DNA from: Thecamonas trahens ATCC 50062
Lineage: Eukaryota; Protista; Apusomonadida
Assembly (NCBI RefSeq): GCF_000142905.1
Contig: NW_013657597.1
Location: 1 to 13,094 of the forward strand
DNA: 13,094 nt
Direction of reading: 5' to 3'
Under the pieces are notes generated by a model. That model was not told the DNA's origin and did no database searches. It worked only from the letters and a program-made list of their open reading frames with translations. A program made the position numbers and the translations under genes. Of the stretch, positions 7,697 through 13,094 are shown piece by piece. The first letter of the stretch is position 1. The number at the start of each line of letters is the position of its first letter.

Positions 7697-9425
7697 ATGT
7701 CCCACCAAGACCTCCCGCCTGCACTCCGAGACGAGCTGCAGCTGCTGGGCGTGACCACAGACAGAGATCCCCGCGAGGTGTACAAGCGTGAGGCTGTGCT
7801 GGGTGATGGTGCGTTTGGCAAGGTCTATCTTGGCCGGGCAAAGGCTCCGGGCAGCGACGGGCAGGCGCTAGCGCTCAAAGTTGTCTTTGTAGACGGCGCG
7901 CCCGACCGCATCGCCGCCCTCGCCAAGGAGATCCACGCCCTCGTCGCCGCCGGCTCGCACCCCAACATCATCTCCTACCACGCGGCTTATCTGTGGCACT
8001 CGGAGCTCTGGCTCGTCCTCGACTACTGCTCCGGCGGCTCGCTGGAAGAGTGCATCCACCGCGCCGGCGCTGGCCTCTCCGAGCCGCAGATTGCCGTCGC
8101 TGCTGCCGGCATTCTCCGCGCACTTGTCCACCTCCACGGCTCCGGCCTCATCCACCGCGACGTCAAGGCCTCCAACGTCCTTGTTGCTGCCGACGGCTCT
8201 GTCCGCCTCTCCGACTTTGGCGTTGCCGCTGGCTCGTCGGCCTCGTCGCGGACCTTTGTCGGCACTCCGTACTGGATGGCGCCCGAGATCGTCACTGGCG
8301 ATGACTACGGGCCGGCTGTCGACATTTGGTCGCTTGGTATTACCTGCATTGAGCTCGCGGAGCGCGAACCGCCGCTAGCAAGCATGGACGTCCAGCGCGC
8401 GCTCTACACTATCGCCTCGGGCACCGTTGCCCCAGCCCTGACCCATCCGGCTGCTTTCTCGCCGCAGTTTGCCTCGTTCATCGCAGCTTGCTGTGTTCGC
8501 GACCCAGCCGCGCGCCCGCCACCGGCACGCTTACTCTCGCACCCGTTCATTCTCGCCCATGCCTCCGCTCCGACCGCCGTTCTCGTTCCGCTCCTCGCTA
8601 GCCGTGCCGACGCCCGCGCCGACCCGTCATCGCCGGCTCCTCCGTCGCTTGCCCATCTCGCCGGCCCGATGCCGTACGCATCCACAGGCGCCCGCGCTGT
8701 TCTCTCGCCGCCTCTCGACTCATCGCTCGCCTCTTTCTCCTCACCGTCGTCGGCAACCGGAGGTTCCGCCTCGATTGTCAACGTCGGCTCGTTCTCGGTT
8801 GTCTCACCGTCGTCGCCGGGCAAGTACCCCAAGCTCTACACCTGCACAAGCCCAACGACGCCGACATCACCAGCTTCACTGCTATCTCCGCCTCCTCGTT
8901 TGGTCTCTCATACACCTCGTACTCGGGCGAGTCCGACGGCTCGGGCCGAACCTCGCTCTCGGCCGCGAGCTCCGTCCCTCCCGAGCTTTGCGAGCAGCTC
9001 AAGCAGTTCCAGGCCTTCAGCGGTGACTACCTCCTCGAAGTCGACCAGCTGATGGACGACTCCTGGGCCGCAGACGTCCGCGTCCGCCGCACCTCGCGCG
9101 CCTCGCGCGTCTCAACCTCGTCGTCATCGTCCGACGCGTCGTCAGATGCGCGCGACTCCTCGCCGCCGCCGCGCCGCAACTCCTCCTCGCGCCCGCTCGC
9201 TTCCCGCACTGACGCGGAGAGCTCCTGCGATGCCTCGCGCTCCCGCCGCCGCCGCCGCCGTAAGCACCGCCACCACAACCCTGCTCCCACAGAGAGCACA
9301 ATCAAGCGCCCCAACACCACGTTTACCCGTCTCAACTACGCTAAGGACGACCAGAGCAACGACTCTTTGTCGGCACAGCCCCGCGCCGCAAGCAGGGCCT
9401 CTTTGCTTGCTGCAAAGCCTCCTAG
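7697..9425 (+). CDS. STE20-family (MST/PAK/GCK-like) Ser/Thr protein kinase with a low-complexity tail and C-terminal CCKAS motif (~576 aa after repairing two -1 breaks at ~8842 and ~9363)
   Basis: ATG at 7697. The kinase domain 7781..8551 has LGDGAFGKV, ALK, KEI, HPNII, HRDVKASN, DFG, the STE20 signature GTPYWMAPE, and DIWSLGIT. The tail continues in frame 1 (HKPNDADITSF...ELCEQLKQFQAFSGDYLLEVDQLMDDSW...) and then in frame 3 (LFVGTAPRRKQGLFACCKAS-TAG 9423-9425). The kinase call is firm, while the tail reconstruction is inferred. Confidence 0.88.
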
Positions 9426-11952
9426 GTCCGGCTCCCACCAAGCACCTGCGCCAGCGACGCTGCCAGTGCGTGCCCGCTCTCGCCCACCACCACAAGCTGC
9501 GCCTGCAGCTCCATGAGCGTCTTGCCGCCGTCAACCGCAAACACCGCGTCAGCGGCGCAGAGCAGCGTGCCCGCGACTGCCACCGCAGCGTCGAGCCCTT
9601 GCGTGCCTGCGCCTCGCTGCAGCACCTGGAGCGCAAGATCGCTCAGCAGCCGCGTCACATTCGGCCCCGGCTCCACCGGCGGCTTGATCAGTTGATGCGC
9701 AGTTTGGAGGAGTAGCGCGACGCCCGCAGGCGTCACACTCGCCACCGCTGCCATCCGCGGCTCCAACTCGGCTGCCAGCTGCTGCCGCTGTCCCGGACTG
9801 GCCCGCTTCACACACACCGCCACCACCTGCACCGCCCAAGCCTCCGGCAGCGCGTCAAGCACCGCCTCGCTCGCTCGGCGGGCCCTCCACACCGCTCTTC
9901 GTCAGCCGCGCTCTGCAGCGCATACGTGAGCATAAATGCGATCCAGTCACGCACACTCTCGCTCTCTCTGCACAGCCGCGGGCCGATGGCCGCCACAGCA
10001 GAGGCGGCCGAGGCAGACACTCCGGCTTCGCCGCCGTGGCTCATCACCGCGCACATCAGTGCCCGCCCGTCACGACCGGCTGCATCCCACTCTCCGCGCG
10101 CCATGGCTCCCTGTACCCGCTCCGTCGCCTCGTCCACAGTGAGGGCTGGATCGAGCCGCCCGAGCACCCGCGCCGCCACCTGTCGCACCTCGGCCGTCTC
10201 GTTGGCGGCGTGCAGCCGCGCCACAACCAGTTCGACAAGCTCGGCGCTTGACGCGTGGGTGAGCACACGCCCCGGCGCAGCTTGCAGCAGCAGCAGCGGC
10301 GCCAGTCGTGCGAAAAGCGTAGACTCGCTGCACACGTTCCGGACCCGGTCCATGGCCGCGCTCACCCCGTCTCTCAGCGCCCTTCCGGCTGCCTGCGCCG
10401 CGTCATCACTGGCCGAGAGCAGCCCAGAGAGTGCCGCAAGTACCTTGGCTGCCATTGGCGACGCCGGAAACGCAATGCCTTTGCGGACCACAACAGCCAT
10501 CGCCATGCTCGCCAGCTGCGCCTCCTCGCCGGGGGATCGTGGCTCCGGACACGACGCCCACGCCGAGACCTCAGCCAACGCCCAACTTGCTGCAGATTCC
10601 GGATAGCCTGCTCTCGCTCCAGATGGATCGCCGGTCGTTGTGGCCATACACACGTCGAGCACTGCTCCCAACCCTCCATCCACAAGCTCCACATTGCTCA
10701 GTACTCGCCACAATGCAGCCGACGCGCCCGTCGTCTGCTTCATCAGCAGCGCCGGCACCACCACCGCAGGTGGAAAGACCGTGATCGCGTCCGGCGAGCA
10801 GAGAACAGCAGGAATGACCCTTTCTTGCATTCGCCGCACACTCACCTCTGCGCGTCGCGCCGCACTCGCCAACACCCTGCTCGCGCCGAGCCGCCAGCAT
10901 CCCTGCGTCGCCAACCGCAGCGCCAACTCGGCCACATCCCGCCACCGGCTCACCCTCAGCACATCATCCAGAACCACGTCCAGCGTAAACCGCCACACCA
11001 TCGCCTCATCGCCACTGATCTCGACCTCGGCAGCGGCGCCATCCGCCACCACAACCAGGCCCGGAACTCGCGCGCCGCCTCGCACCGCCAACTTCGCCCC
11101 CAGCGCCAGCGCGGCGAGCGCGGCACCGGCCAAGCCGCCAGAGTCGACCGCCTCCTGCGCCCGGCGCACCGCCTTGCGCACGCTCACTGCACCCACTTCC
11201 ATCGCCTGGCTAGGCGAGAGCGCGACTCGAGCCGCAGCCCACACGGCCTGGCTCGGGCCGCGCCCACCGCACACCGCGTCGACAACCGCCGCCCATGCCG
11301 CCGCCATTGCGCCTTGTCCTGCGCCTACCGCCCATCGAGCATGCGTCCGCAGCAGTGTCTCCAGAGCTGCGTCGGCCTCTGCCTGCAGCATCCGCCCCAT
11401 CGCCACCATATCAGCCGCGGCGAGAGTCAGCCGAGTCGGCCCCGGCTCGTCAGCGGCACACCTCAGGACTGCAACGCCGACCGGGACCGCCACTGACGCC
11501 CACGGCGAGTTTCCCGACTCGTTCGCCGGACGTGAGGCACGCTTCAGCGTTGGTGCCAGCTTCATCAGCGCTACCACCACCATCAGCGTATCAGCCGGCT
11601 CGCCGATGGCTCCAACCTGCGCCGCCGCCGCCGCCAGCGCCGGTCCCTCCTCGCGGATCAGATACCCCAGCGCCGCCCTCGCACTCACTTGCCGCACCGC
11701 CGCCGCCGCAAGTGGCAGCACCACGCCTGCGAGTCCGTCCTCCGGGCCGAGGCGCCCAAGATGCGTGCCCAGATCGGCAAGGACGCCATCCGCCAGCTCG
11801 CCGCCCCCCGTCGCCGCCGCCACCACATCGGCCAGCGGCCGTAGGGGGCCAGCCCGAGCGCGAGACCGCACAGCCATGAGCCCCACGTCGCAGCCGAGCC
11901 CACCGCCCCCGTCGGCAGCCGCAGCCCGCAACACAATGTCCCTTGCCTCCAT
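9422..11952 (-). CDS. Uncharacterised Ala/Leu-rich alpha-solenoid (HEAT/ARM-like) protein (~843 aa after repairing one -1 break at ~9860-9901)
   Basis: ORF 9808..11991 joins ORF 9422..9892. The first in-frame ATG is at 11952, and the frame stays open upstream to a TGA at 12085-12087. Amphipathic helical segments include ESTLFARLAPLLLLQAAP and ETAEVRQVAARVLGRL. The start is uncertain. Confidence 0.65.
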
Positions 11953-11994
11953 GAAGTCGTGTGGCTGGTTAGCCAGCGGCTCCCTGCTCAACCA

Positions 11995-12534
11995 GGTTGA
12001 GTCGCGACGGATCGAAACGACGGCCTCCGCCCTGACAACATCGCCTCCTTCTTGCCACGGCCATTCTCCTACAAGTTCTTTTCCTCACATCCGCACACCG
12101 CATACCAGCCATATTCATACTGCTCGCCAGTTGTAGCCGTGGCGCGTGCTTGAACTCTGTTTTCCTCGTCTTTATCTCCTTCCCTTTTCGTCGACTTTGA
12201 AGTCATACTGCGGCAGTTTGTTGATCTTGTCTCTCTCCGCTCTCCCAGCTCACGCTGATCGCACCCTGCCGGCGGCTGCAAGTGCAGATAGCCTCACACA
12301 CATCCACACCTTACCGTGCCCCCCCCACTTGGTATCGTCGACCAGCCTGTCTCTCCACCATCGATGGCGATGCGCAAGTCGAGTCATCGACCCTTCTCCC
12401 GGCTTCGATACCACCTCTCGCCCACTGCCACCTCCATCCATGGCAGGACCGTCATGTCGTCCTCATACCCGCCACCTCCTCCAACATGCTCTGTCTCCTT
12501 TTGCATGATACTGCACGAGATGTGGGAGTCCGCT
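11995..12534. repeat. Tandem duplication, copy 1 (540 bp)
   Basis: ggttgagtcgcgacgg...gggagtccgct. 11995..12320 is identical to 12535..12860. Confidence 0.95.
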
Positions 12535-13072
12535 GGTTGAGTCGCGACGGATCGAAACGACGGCCTCCGCCCTGACAACATCGCCTCCTTCTTGCCACGG
12601 CCATTCTCCTACAAGTTCTTTTCCTCACATCCGCACACCGCATACCAGCCATATTCATACTGCTCGCCAGTTGTAGCCGTGGCGCGTGCTTGAACTCTGT
12701 TTTCCTCGTCTTTATCTCCTTCCCTTTTCGTCGACTTTGAAGTCATACTGCGGCAGTTTGTTGATCTTGTCTCTCTCCGCTCTCCCAGCTCACGCTGATC
12801 GCACCCTGCCGGCGGCTGCAAGTGCAGATAGCCTCACACACATCCACACCTTACCGTGCCTCCCCATTGGTATCGTCGAACCGCCTATCTCTCCACCATC
12901 GATGGCGATGCGCAAGTCGAGTCATCGACCCTTCTCCCGGCTTCGATACCACCTCTCGCCCACTGCCACCTCCATCCATGGCATGACCGTCATGTCGTCC
13001 TCATACCCGCCACCTCCTCCAACATGCTCTGTCTCCTTCTGCATGATACTGCACGAGATGTGGGAGTCCGCT
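12535..13072. repeat. Tandem duplication, copy 2 (538 bp)
   Basis: Same sequence as copy 1. All differences (about 6 substitutions and 2 single-base gaps) lie in the last ~215 bp. Confidence 0.95.
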
Positions 13073-13094
13073 GCCGATGAGCTCGGCTGCTCGG

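Noticed and set aside
6907-7791. 294-aa + ORF spanning the xsc 5' end and the intergenic region
   Set aside because: It is antisense to xsc and then translates low-complexity C-rich non-coding DNA (Pro/His/Thr-rich).
8820-8850. GCAAGT GC-type donor with AAG acceptor (31 nt)
   Set aside because: A length of 3n+1 shifts into the wrong frame.
1300-9901. Canonical X_XXY_YYZ slippery heptamers at the frame breaks; also pseudogene status for genes 1, 3 and 4
   Set aside because: No shared canonical heptamer was found at the six sites. Pseudogene decay is unlikely because there are no premature stops or +1 breaks and the kinase motifs are intact.
11953-12084. N-terminal extension of the HEAT-like gene into the repeat (GKELVGEWPWQEGG...)
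   Set aside because: The frame is open but has no ATG before the TGA at 12085-12087, and its A-ending codons are atypical. The ATG at 11952 is preferred.
10640-12136. 498-aa + strand ORF, and other long antisense or alternative-frame ORFs such as 10255..11496, 5353..6336 and 3640..4431
   Set aside because: These are Ser/Ala/Thr/Arg-rich shadow ORFs of real genes in high-GC DNA, with no recognisable motifs.
11995-13072. LTR pair, CRISPR array, or tandem snRNA/SL-RNA/5S gene array
   Set aside because: No TG...CA termini, target-site duplication, internal coding region, repeat-spacer structure or recognisable RNA-gene motif by eye.

Overview
GC-rich, very gene-dense eukaryotic DNA, probably from a protist. 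The composition, apparent lack of introns and C-rich 5' regions suggest an apusomonad-like compact genome, but this is an impression only. I read four protein genes and one tandem duplication. (1) 134..5305 +: a large secreted or multi-pass surface receptor-like protein (signal peptide, SPRY-like, jelly-roll, 3x Cys repeat, LamG/ConA-like, EGF-like, Pro stalk, several TM helices). (2) 7236..5326 -: an intact sulfoacetaldehyde acetyltransferase (Xsc) with a mitochondrial-presequence-like extension. (3) 7697..9425 +: a STE20-family kinase ending in a CCKAS lipidation-like motif. (4) ~11952..9422 -: a HEAT/ARM-like alpha-helical protein. A 540/538-bp tandem duplication lies at 11995..13072. The most striking pattern is six reading-frame breaks in three of the four genes. 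All six are -1, meaning each is repaired by one extra nucleotide, and the repair gives tightly fitting convergent gene ends (a 20-nt gap, and two stop codons sharing one CTAG). The simplest explanation is deletion-biased sequencing or assembly error. If the DNA is correct, it would imply widespread insertional editing, -1 recoding or cryptic 3n+2 introns.
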